From the NCBI GenBank assembly GCA_020184695.1, contig JAANOX010000273.1:286928-350927 (forward strand): DNA of 64,000 bases, written 5' to 3'. Under the pieces are notes generated by a model that was not told the DNA's origin, searched no databases, and saw only the letters and a program-made list of their open reading frames with translations. This document shows positions 11,261-23,295 of the stretch, piece after piece. Source of the DNA: Histomonas meleagridis 2922-C6/04-290x. Taxonomy: Eukaryota; Protista; Parabasalia. Numbering within the stretch: position 1 is the first letter of the stretch; every line of letters starts with the position of its first letter. The translations under genes and the position numbers were made by a program.

Positions 11261-11769
11261 TGTAAGGAATTCTCAAATGTTTCATTCAATTTTTTTAATG
11301 AAATAAATGATCGTCGCCAAAACGATAGGAAAGTGACAGGTGAATTTCGGAGAAGAAGGACAACATCTCAAGAAGTTAAATAATATAAACTAGTGATGGA
11401 ATTTTCATTGTCGGATTGTTGAGAGTAATAAATATCATTCTTATACAAAATTTTTTGCTTATCTAATTTTTATTCAAAAGATTTAATAATATATATAATA
11501 TTAATGTTTAAAAAAGTTGGTAGATTTTGATTATAACTTTTTAACATATTATAAAAACAATCTTGATGCAGTACAATTGTACATTTTATTCGCATATTTC
11601 TCTTCAACAATTGTAAAAAAATCAATGAAGTTTCGCTTTTTCAATATATGACAATCGAAACCTTTCGTTTCATGAATACTCAACACTTTATGCTTCTTTT
11701 AAAATATAGAAATTCAATACTTTATACAGGGATAAAATAATTTCCAATGTTGTCCGTCCATAACAATTT

Positions 11770-12360
11770 AGAAATGCAAGTGATGCATATGTTTCATCTT
11801 TAGAAGGTCTTATTGTTGGCGGTACTGGTAAAACTGTTCAAATAGATGATACTTTAATGTGCCGAAGAAAATATAATGTTTAACGAGGTTTAAATCAAGT
11901 GTGGATCTTTTGGGGAATTTGCGTTGAAGATAGACAAATTTTTTGTTTTGTTGTACCTGATCGAACAAGAGAAACATTAGAAGAAGAGATTCGTAATCAT
12001 ATATTACCCAAAACAAAAATAATTTCTTATTGCTGAAAAGCATATGACTTTCTTGATGATGACAATGATTACGAGCATGAAACTGTGAATCATTCATGTA
12101 ATTTTGTTGATCCTGAAACTAAAGCGCACAAACAAATGATAGAAAGACTTTGGAGGGAACTTAAAAAAATTAATAAAAGATATGAAGGAATCCCAGAAAA
12201 CAAAGTCAATGAAAACAAAGTCATATATCAGAATCAATGTGGAGATGGAATGTTGTTCACAATCAAAATCAAATGTTTAGGGCCGCAGTTCAATTAATTG
12301 CAAACACAAAGTTTACAAAAGTAATTGATTGCAATGAAGAAGAAGAAATATTGGAAAGAG
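11770..12360 (+). pseudogene. Merlin (ISXO2/IS1595-like) transposase fragment, copy 1
   Basis: KTVQIDD...CRRKYNV, VPDRTRETLEEEIRNHILP, HETVNHS, FVDPETKAHKQMIERLWREL, with in-frame stops. Roughly 90% similar by eye to the copy at 39090-39670. Confidence 0.85.
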
Positions 12361-13399
12361 TAAAAATCCATTTCTTTGCGTGAATCTTGAGACTATTTGC
12401 TTCTATGGTAAGAATAAACCATCATCTGACAATACAGCACATGAAAATCCATATAAGTAACAAATGAATATATATTCACAGAAATAATTGTTGAAAAAAG
12501 GAATGTAATGAGTAATATGTGTCAAATAAGTCATAGTAATGGTTTAAAACTTCGTTTAAACTTAAACTGGAATGATATTACAGAATCATTATTGAATTCG
12601 GTTCATTGATATTTATCTTAAATAAAATTATATTTTGAATTATATTTTCTTGTGCTGAATGGAGTTGTGCTATGTTATATCATGCTCACATATTATACCT
12701 TATATGTTATTATGTTCTTATATGTTATATCATGCGCATTGTTAGATCAATTTCATTTACATTTATTCGGTTTTAAGAATGTTATCTCTCGTTATTTTGT
12801 GCTTTTTTATATAATTTCTCTTATTATCTTTTATGCTAATAATGTTTTTATCACATATTATAATATGAGTGTATTGGATTATAATAATAATAAATCGATT
12901 AAATAAAAAAATTTTCTCTTGAAAAATGTTATAATATTAGAATGATATTTGAATCCGCTGCGTTTTTTGATATTTCCGTATCATTTTCTATGGTTTACAT
13001 AAATTCAGCACGTTTGGGTCTGACCAGTTTGTATGAATTTTGAATTAGAATGTGGTACATCAGAGACTGATTAATATAATAATGAGGAGTAAGAATTGTT
13101 TTGAATCAAAGGACAGTGAAATAGCAACTCTCAAAAGAGAATTAAGAAACCTAAAAGCGCAATTAAGCAATACAAAAAAAAAAAAAAAATCGTAAACATT
13201 TTTACTATTAAATGTAATAAATTTCAAAATGAATTAAGACGAAAACGAGAAATATATAAAAAAATAGTAACAGTCTCAAATTACTCGATTATTTTTTTTG
13301 TTCTCACATTTAAACTCAATCAAAAATGGAAGTTTTGACCGAGAATCAATTTTTAATTTCGAGAAAATTTTTAATTTTTAAATACTTGAGTAATACGCT

Positions 13400-14095
13400 T
13401 CGAAGCGTATAAAGAGCTTCCATTAATGATAATGAAAATGATTTTATAAAATTCTCTTAAATTATGATTTCAAAATCAGTAGTAGTAGACAATATTTATC
13501 TTCAGAATATGGTGAATTTCATTGTTCAAAAGGTGGAAGAAGTAAAAAAAATAAAACAAATAAATCAGATTGTAATTGGAAATTAGAAACCTCAATAATT
13601 AATGATAATGGAATAGAGTATGTTGGAGTGATATTGTATACTTATATGTGTTCACAGCATTATCATGAAACAAGACCAATTATAACAGCTAATAAACATA
13701 CAATGAATTGAACAAAAAAAATTATAGATAAATTATCTAATGAAGTAATAACATCTTATCAAATAAATGATATTCTAGAACAACAAAAAATTGCAACACT
13801 AACAACACAACAGATTTCAACTTTTGCATATCGAAAAAAACTTAATGAATTTGGAATCCAATCAAGATAAAATTAATTATGTATAAAAATAGAATAAAGC
13901 ATATTTTGTAAATGAAATAACATACGTAAAAAAAGTTAAACTAATAGCTATTTTAATTATTATTGATGATGAAATTGATAATTTGATCAATTATGGAGAT
14001 GTGTTATATATAGATGGAACACAAGTGAACAATGATTTAAACTGGGAAGTTATACCAATTACAGGTATTACAAGAGAGATGACAAGATATTTTAT
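13400..14095 (+). pseudogene. Mutator-like (MULE) transposase remnant
   Basis: DVLYIDGTQVNNDLNWEVIPITG near 14000-14070 is homologous to DILVIDGTSIPNFCDWTIIPIS at about 24235. Upstream C..C/H-x-H zinc-finger remnants are present. Confidence 0.55.
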
Positions 14096-15049
14096 CAATC
14101 ATCTTTTATTAAATTTGCTATTAATTTCATATTATTTGTTTTTAATATTGCACTAAATGTTAAAGCTATATGTTTATATAAAGCACTAGCATTATCAGTA
14201 TTAAGTTCAGTATCTCTTGTAATTATTTTTGATGTTTCTTCATTAACTTCAGGATAATGTGCTGGTGTTTCACTATTGTTATTATTAATAATAACTTTAC
14301 AATTAGCACTAGAACTATTATGTTCAGTATTATTCTTCCCTACATGGGGTGAGAAATCACTAATCTTAATCATAAAAAAACAATGATTTTATAAATTTGT
14401 GTTTATTAACTTACTGACCTTCTAGTGCAATAGGTACATCAATTTATATTTTTACATAATTTTTGATTTCGGCAACCAATTTTTTTTAATATTAGGGTCA
14501 TTTATCATATCAGTTACAACTTTTTTACAAGCAGTTGAATAATAACTTTCACCTGTCTCTGGCATTTTATTTTTTTTTACCTGTTGCAATATCTGGAATA
14601 TTATGTTGTTGTAATATAACTTCTACTGTAGGAATAATCATTGATTTAAATAGTGCAGATAATAGTTGAAGCATTGGACAATAACCTTTAATTTTTGCAA
14701 GATATTAACTATTATTTATAAAACTATCAGTGAATTCAGAATATGCATCTTTAACGAGTAAACTAGTAAATACTGCATTTGCTGACCTTCTTCTTGGAGT
14801 ACTATGTAATTTATATATATTCATAACACCAGTATATCTATAAAAGTTATCATTAGCCGTTTTAACTGCTGCCCTAAAGTCATCATATGCAGAATTATAT
14901 GTAACAATTGGATCATCAAATGGTTTTGGATAACTTACTTCTCTTACTTCACTATTTAACCATTCATTGAAAGATTTAATCTCATTTCCATCTGCTACAT
15001 ATTGTTTTCTTTTTGTAGGATTACCATACTTCGATTGTAAATATTCCAT
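14095..15049 (-). mobile_element. Maverick/Polinton fragment with two degraded ORFs
   Basis: 14108-14373 is about 97% identical to 63239-63502, which adjoins a Maverick-type integrase. 14410-15049 is one stop-interrupted ORF homologous to the ORF at 63539-63889. Confidence 0.6.
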
Positions 15050-15735
15050 ATATGCTACTTGATAAGGATCTTGTTTTTTGACTGTCCATCCATATGTTTG
15101 TGCATCTCTAACTTTTCTAAGGGAAGTCTAATTTTATACCCTAAACATACACACTTTTGGACGGTTATCGACTCAATTTTTGACTTTTTGAACTGTAGTA
15201 TAATTACAACAAGAAAAAAATCAAAAATTTTAAAATTAAAAAATTCTCGAAAAAATTAAATTATTTATTTCAAAATAATAATATCAAAAACATAATATAT
15301 ATAAGTAGAAAATATATTTTATGGCATATAATGAAGAAAAAATAATTTTTGATGTAATTAATGCAGATCAAAAAAAGTAAAAAAATTTTAAATAATAAAT
15401 ATCATAATCAAATTTTCCATATGTTAAAACATATGGTGGTATATTATTTTTATTAAAATATTCTATGTATATGATTTTATTTGAAAAATTTTTCTTTTTC
15501 ATGATGCCATTTTTGAATGAGTATTCAAATTACTAGAAATTGTGAGAAAATATCACCTATTCAATTTTTTTTGGATACTTCCTATTTTCGTCAGGATAAT
15601 TCTGGTAAAATATAAAATGTCAGATCAACAAAAAAAAATACTTGAATTTTGGAAGCAAATAATGATTTAATTTCAATTTTATATTAATAACTTTTGTTTA
15701 TTTAACACACTTTATAAAATGTAATGTATAACATA

Positions 15736-17182
15736 CATTATACATTATACATTATACATTATACATTATACATTATACATTATACATTATACATTATACA
15801 TTATACATTATACATTATACATTATACATTATCCATTATACATTATACATTATACATTATACATTATCCATTATCCATTATCCATTATCCATTATACATT
15901 ATCCATTATCCATTATACATTATACATTATACATTATACATTATCCATTATCCATTATCCATTATACATTATCCATTATCCATTATACATTATACATTAT
16001 ACATTATCCATTATACATTATCCATTATACATTATACATTATCCATTATACATTATACATTATACATTATACATTATACATTATACATTATACATTATAC
16101 ATTATACATTATACATTATACATTATACATTATACATTATCCATTATCCATTATCCATTATCCATTATCCATTATCCATTATCCATTATCCATTATCCAT
16201 TATCCATTATCCATTATCCATTATCCATTATCCATTATCCATTATCCATTATCCATTATCCATTATCCATTATACATTATACATTATACATTATACATTA
16301 TACATTATACATTATACATTATACATTATACATTATACATTATACATTATACATTATCCATTATCCATTATCCATTATCCATTATCCATTATACATTATA
16401 CATTATACATTATACATTATACATTATACATTATACATTATACATTATACATTATACATTATACATTATACATTATCCATTATCCATTATCCATTATCCA
16501 TTATCCATTATCCATTATCCATTATACATTATACATTATACATTATACATTATACATTATACATTATACATTATACATTATACATTATACATTATACATT
16601 ATACATTATACATTATACATTATCCATTATACATTATCCATTATCCATTATACATTATACATTATACATTATCCATTATACATTATACATTATACATTAT
16701 ACATTATACATTATACATTATACATTATACATTATACATTATACATTATACATTATACATTATACATTATACATTATACATTATACATTATACATTATAC
16801 ATTATACATTATCCATTATCCATTATCCATTATCCATTATCCATTATCCATTATCCATTATCCATTATCCATTATACATTATACATTATACATTATACAT
16901 TATACATTATCCATTATCCATTATCCATTATCCATTATCCATTATACATTATACATTATACATTATACATTATACATTATACATTATACATTATACATTA
17001 TACATTATACATTATACATTATACATTATACATTATACATTATACATTATACATTATACATTATACATTATACATTATACATTATACATTATACATTATA
17101 CATTATACATTATACATTATACATTATACATTATACATTATACATTATACATTATACATTATACATTATACATTATACATTA
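15736..17182. repeat. Heptamer tandem array (CATTATA)n/(CATTATC)n, about 206 units
   Basis: Directly visible. There are two unit variants in alternating runs. Confidence 0.97.
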
Positions 17183-17240
17183 ATTTAATACTAAAATGAT
17201 TAATTTTTTGCATTGTTTAAATTTTACTCGAATTTTTCGA

Positions 17241-18690
17241 TTATTCCACCTTTCCTGGTTTTTTAGATCTTTCCATTTTTCTTACTTCTCTCTCCATGTG
17301 TACTTTTATAATAAAAGGATCTTTCCATCTTCCTTTACAATTCGGAATTCTTCTCATTATGGGTTTTTTGATTTTTTCATCTTTCGCATTTTTGTACTTT
17401 ATTAAAAGATCTTCAGGAATTACTGGTGGACAATTTCCTTTAGATTTTTTATTCATCGATAATATCTTTTTTTATTAAACATTGGCACTGTTATATTTAT
17501 ATCTCTGAATTCTAATTGATCTTCTTTGATGCCAAAATCGAATGTATTTTCATATTGTAATGCTTGCTGGAAAATTTTATATTTTTTCTTTAAATTATTC
17601 AAATTTAAAATGAATGTCATATTTTGATTATGTAATGATTCTTCCTTATATTTACTTCTAATATTGTTTTCTCTTTGATAATTAAGATACCTGTTTTTTA
17701 ATGAATTTTCTAGTGTTTGTATGTGAATAAAAGATTCATGAAGTGATGGTTTTGATGTATTAATGTAATTTTTTAATTTTTTATTAAAACTCTCATTTGT
17801 AACTCTTTCTTTTAATGGTTTTCCAGTACAGTTCCAATAGTTTATAGGAAATGTTTTCGTATAAGTTTCACAAAAATAATCAATAAAATTATTCAAACTT
17901 TCATTAATACCATTGAGTCGAGGAAGAAAATATATAAATTGTGATGCAGGATTAATATCTATAAGTAGAAGTAATTTAATAATTTTAAGTAAATCAATTC
18001 CTATTTCATTTTGTTCTTATTTGAATGTAACTTCATATTTTTCTAATGTTTGCGTGAAATGAAAATAACACAATTGTGAATAAGAATTATTTCGCATTAA
18101 ATTGTTAATAATTGCATTAATTAATGCTTGTTCAAAATCACATATAAATTTCACATCTTCCATAAAATTATAACCAAATCTTTGTAAACAATTTGAATAA
18201 AAAGTAAATGATAAATTATAGGTACTTTCTTTTTTACCCGGGAGTATCAGATAATATAATGGAAGATTCATATATATTGTCCTTTAAATAAAAATAATTA
18301 ATTGATAAGAATTTTCTGGAGAAACTTTGCATGTACCATCTATTCCGATAATACTTGATTCAGGTACTCTTTGTAACATAAAATCTGATGCAAAACCTGA
18401 AATTGTTTGATTATTTTCAATTGACATTTCAAATAAAAAAATCTATCCCGATTTATCGTCTTCCGAAAATCTGATCGTTCACGATATTGACGATTAAGTT
18501 CATATACAAAATTATGAACTTTTTTGTAATCTATTATATTCTTTATTACACCGAAAGGGGTTTTTGTTTCAATCCATTTTAAAATTTTTTCAAATAGAAT
18601 TGTTGGTGCTCTTTGATATTTGTTTTTGTTGAAGCACCTAATAATATTTGCTTGAACTTGTTCTTCAGTAAAAAATTGATTCTTTTCGTT
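17241..18690 (-). pseudogene. MULE transposase pseudogene, paralogue of the 34240-35678 transposase
   Basis: IIGIDGTCKVSPENSYQLI, FICDFEQALINAI, QLCYFHFTQ and ERVTNESFN, interrupted by stops and frameshifts. Confidence 0.8.
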
Positions 18691-21149
18691 AGATACTAAA
18701 TCATATTAATTTTAATTTTCCATGATAGATAATCAATTTCACTTTAAATTATAAAGTTGGAAAATTTCTCTATTACATTTCTTAGAATTATATGATATAT
18801 TTAAATTTTTTGTTAATTTTGATTTATATTCAGTTAATATCGAGTTTATTCATTTTAAAATCAAAAAATCATGAAAATTGATTTTGAAATATAATAAGCA
18901 ACATAATAATTATGATTGATGTTACCATATTATTTTAGTAAATTATTATTTGATTTGGAGATAAAGATGTTTATAACAAGAAAATACGATCAAAAAACAT
19001 GGAAAATACCTAAAAAGTTGTAACATGTAAAACCTGTTTTCAAATATATTTTTCTTATTATTTTTTATATTGAGATACAATTTTCTTACATCAAATAAAT
19101 GACATATTTTAAATTTAGAAAATAATATGATAATATTATGATGTCATTTTGTGATTTGCATTTGAAATTTTTTTCAAAATTTCTCCAATATCTCTCTATT
19201 ACTATATTTTAAATATTCTTTACAATATTTTGATGTTATTTATGTCATTTCATTATATATAATAATACTGATAATACATAATATTTACCCCTATTCAGAT
19301 TACACTTAATAAAATGAATGTTATTTTAATTCTCATTTCTTTTAGTAAAGTCTCCATTATTATACTTAATGACTGATTATAATATTTGTATTAATTTTTT
19401 AATAGCATTTTATATATCTTAATAAAATTATTATTTCACTTTTTATTAAAATTCATGCTTTATAATTATATCCATCTTTTATCTCCTTATACTCTATATA
19501 TTTTTTTATTCTTCTTAATGATGCAATGTTATATTAGTTCAAAATAATAAAGTGGGTATTAAATTTATTTAACTTTTAAATATTCTAATTAATTGATTAA
19601 AAATTTTCCTTTGTGGACATTACAACATTCGATATGAATCATCATATTTTCTGAATTCCGTTTACCCTCTATTTTTTAAATATTTAATTAAATTTTTAAT
19701 GATATATTATCAATGAAATGTTGGTAATTATATTTTTATATGTTTAAAATATTAATACAGTATAAAATGATATTTTTATCAAAGAACATTGTCACCGTCA
19801 ATTTTCCGGAGAAAATTATTATTGAGTGACTGGTAGGCACTTTACTGAATAAATAAGCATATAAAAAAATTTTCATACTCTAAATAGAATTATGACTGAT
19901 AAGCCATAATAATGTTAATAAAATTCTTTTTCATGACTTTTTTCGATATTTCTATAAATTCATTTAAATATTATACCATTTTCTTTGTCATGAACGACCG
20001 TTAACCCATATTGTATCTACTCACTAACATATTTTTTTTTACACACATTATATTCAAAAACTTTTAATATAATTTGATATATCATTCAATGTTTCCTTAA
20101 TATTTTTTTGATACTTGAGAATGGATATTTCTCAAAAATTGTTGTTAATATTTAGATTGAATTATTCTTTGATATATCATGCGTATTTTTCAATAGGCAT
20201 AATGTATTTATTTTTCTGATATTTTAACAAAGTATTATGACAATCATCATCATTATAATATATTGTTTAATTTTATTCTCTAATTTGATATATTTTTTTT
20301 ATATTGTTTATTAATGTAGATGAGAAATATATTATGTACTTTTACACGAATGCAACCGTAACCCACTGAACTTTTGATTGATTAATATTAAATTATTAAA
20401 ATTTAATAATAATTTTTTTCTTCACCAAAAATGAGTTAGTAAACTTTGATTATAGTTAGCCTTTCGTTCACCGTCCATCTCAATGCAATAGTTCTTTTGC
20501 ATGTTATACAGTGAAGTCAATTGAATGCATACAATTTTGATATAATCTTAGGAGGAGCTTTCCCAGCTCATTCCTTTTAAAGAATTTGAGTAAGAGTGGT
20601 GGAAATGGACGAACTGGATAAGGCTTCCAGGAGATCCTCCAAGCACACCGGAACTCTCTTTCTAGCCGGGAAGATAGCCAGGACAAGTCAGGGAAGACGT
20701 GCTTTTGGAGCATAAACCGATTGAGGCGGAACGGAAAAACGGGAAACATAAATGGTACAGGACAACCTAGTCCCCTTCACAGACCATGGCATCTAACCTT
20801 CTTATTGGAGTTGATCACACTCCACCATACCTCTTTCCCATTCCTCATCAGAGACATCTTCGTCAAGGAAATTCATCATAATAGTGATATGAAACTTGGA
20901 ACTTTTCGTTATAAACGATAGAAAGCTTTTAGATATCTTCTTACGTGGCCCGACAATGATAAGTATATAATATATAAACCGATAATTTTCAAAGTTAGGC
21001 TCAAAAACCGTTAAGAATTTACATACTTTTCACTTTTCGTATGACGGTAGAACTGTACATTCAAAACAAAAAAATTCAGAAGTATAAAAAATGGATGTTT
21101 TAAAAATGTCATATAACCGTCGCTCATATCATCGTTTAATATAATAAGG

Positions 21150-21380
21150 ATGTCTTTTATTACTAGTTCTAGTAATCTTCCAATCATCCGTGAAAGAAGG
21201 GTCCTCGGTTATGAGAAACCATGTTCTCAACTTCCATCAGATTCTTCTTTTGATTTCAATGAAGAGGATGAGAATGTGCTTCAATTACCTAAGGAATTAG
21301 GTAAACTTGTCTTCTTTGTTGAGGATAGTGCCCCTGAACATGTTAAAAAGTATTTTAGAAGACTCCATATATTCTTTTAG
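21150..21380 (+). CDS. Small hypothetical protein (76 aa)
   Basis: Clean ATG-TAG ORF with coding-like composition. No family recognised. Confidence 0.45.
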   Translation: MSFITSSSNLPIIRERRVLGYEKPCSQLPSDSSFDFNEEDENVLQLPKELGKLVFFVEDSAPEHVKKYFRRLHIFF

Positions 21381-21640
21381 TTTTTCATTTAAGCCTATAC
21401 CATAACCTAATTTCTGGAAAGCATATGTTACATTACATTTGAATAGGTGATAATTTATAGATGAGAATAAGAAGTGATCGCCAAGATTTACATTTAGCAT
21501 GTTTTAAATTGTGTATGAAATTATATCTCCATCTATACTACTATACAAACAAATAATTTTTGAGAATCGAGCCAATAGTTCGGGAGATTAATAGATATAA
21601 TTGCTCCCGAGATTATTATAATTATTTTGGCTTTGAGAAA

Positions 21641-22774
21641 TTATGTATCATTAGCTTGAGTATATATAGGTTGCCCCTTAATTTGTATCGGGATGTTTTG
21701 ACCGTCAGAATCTGAGCCGTTGAATACGTAACCACCACGTGAACGTTCACATTGTATATTAAGCATAAATGAGGTAGCATCACTTAATGTGTTATTATAT
21801 CTTGTACCATTAGAAGCATTCCTATCCATAGTTAAAGAATCTGCAAATTCTTTAGTACATTGTATACTATCATCTAAATCAGAAGCAACTAATTGATATT
21901 GTAAAAATCTAGCACCTAAAGTAGATATAGGTTCATCAGGATAATTTTGACCTGCAATAGTTAATTGTACATTATTATAAATTGGATTATCGAAACAAGT
22001 ATAATCATTAGCATGTTTTGGAAATACAACTGTGATAGTTGTAACATTAAATAAAGGCATATTAATAGTAGATTGTATACCAGATTCAGTAGCAGCTAAA
22101 GCAAATGCATTATAATCTAATTGTTGTGAAGGAATTATTAAACCTCCAGGTTGTTGAAGTATTTGAGCTATTTTATTTAAAGTTTCTTCTTTAACTCCAA
22201 ATCCAAACATATTAGATTTACATGAAAGTACAGTTAAACCTGTACAATATAAAGAAACATTCTCAGTTGCAGTATCAATAGTATGATTAGTTTCAGTATC
22301 ACATTTAAATGTAGTAGTTATATTAACAGAATTACCTATTTGAGTAAAACCATGAGTAAATAAAGGTAAATTATTAAATGTAGCATTAATAGAAGAATCT
22401 TCTATAAATTCTTTAACTTCTTTAATTCTACGTGGATCTACTTGACATCAAACTAAACCATTTTGTTTAACATAAAACTTTAATTCAATATCACCAACTA
22501 ATCTATTTGGATATAAATCGAATGCTTGTAAAGCTAATATATCTTCAAATGGAAGATTCATTTTAAATTCAATATCATGTTTATTTCCATCTGCAATTGT
22601 ATTTAAATCAACATAAGTACCACATACAGATTGAGAATATTCTGAAACATTTTCATATAAAGAATGTGTATATTTCCTAGTTTTCTTTTCAGCATAAGGT
22701 TTAATTGTAGAATAACAATAACCTTCACGACAACATTCATTTTGTTGATACCCAGTAGAAATATTATTAGACAT
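21641..22774 (-). pseudogene. Putative Maverick/Polinton-like virus major capsid protein, with one in-frame TGA
   Basis: ORFs 22448-22774 and 21641-22210 are one frame joined through TGA at 22448-22450 (GLV*CQVDP). Beta-rich sequence with ECCREGYCYS, SVCGTYVD, PFEDILALQAFDLYPN, and ERSRGGYVFNG. Capsid identity is from recall of protist endogenous-virus capsids and needs profile confirmation. Confidence 0.55.
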
Positions 22775-23295
22775 AATTTGTCATTGATCTAATAATAGAC
22801 TTAGCACATAGTGAAAAAAACAAAGTTTGTTCACTCAATGGGCAATTGAGAACTTTTTTCTTTCTTTCTTTTTCTTTAAACCAAGGTACCCCCTCTTCCA
22901 AAGAAAGCCCTAATGGCGGATGAGTGCATTTATCACAAACCTGCCGTAGCCCGACTCCGCGGAGCACTTTTTTTATTAGAGGGCGTTGACAGGTGATCAA
23001 TATTAGATGTACTAGGGGTGGGGGTCAGGTTTAATCTTTTTCTGTGATGTGTGACCGTATATGAGAACGTTTAGAAATATAAATATATAGAGCCCAGCCG
23101 GTTCCTGCGGAGGACGTTAGTTGGTACCTCCAAATAAAATATTACCTGGGCTCTAAATTATTTCTTGTACCAATTAGAAGAAAACCGATCATCGGATTGA
23201 ATACTTTACACCGAAATTCAATTCATTTTGATCGTCTTTCGGGTAACCGTTAAGCATTTTAATTTTTATACCAATTGAATAGGGCGTTCAATTTT

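Larger units (their letters stand above)
15121..18700 (-). mobile_element. Truncated Mutator-like element (left TIR 15121-about 15435, heptamer array, transposase pseudogene)
   Basis: The TIR aligns with the TIR at 32224-32550 (shared CACTTTTGGACGGTTA and TCCATATGTTAAAACATAT). The partner TIR was not found. Confidence 0.7.

Noticed and set aside
11770-12360. RIP-like targeted hypermutation of repeats
   Set aside because: Differences between the two Merlin copies mix G>A, G>T, C>A and other changes with no clear dinucleotide context. This fits general AT-biased decay.
15736-17182. Heptamer array as a telomere or interstitial telomeric repeat
   Set aside because: It lacks the G-rich TTAGGG-like strand and is embedded within a MULE, so there is no support from the sequence.
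15724-17199. 491-aa ORF of repeating YTLYIIH
   Set aside because: It is a translation artefact of the 7-bp array, which has no stop on this strand. It is not a plausible protein.
22448-22450. TGA-to-Trp recoding (TGA at Trp positions here and at 12034-12036)
   Set aside because: TGA also replaces a probable Gly (29449-29451) and occurs at other non-Trp sites, TAG replaces Trp in the Tc1, and the host BEACH and Aquarius-like genes end in TGA. These are ordinary nonsense mutations.
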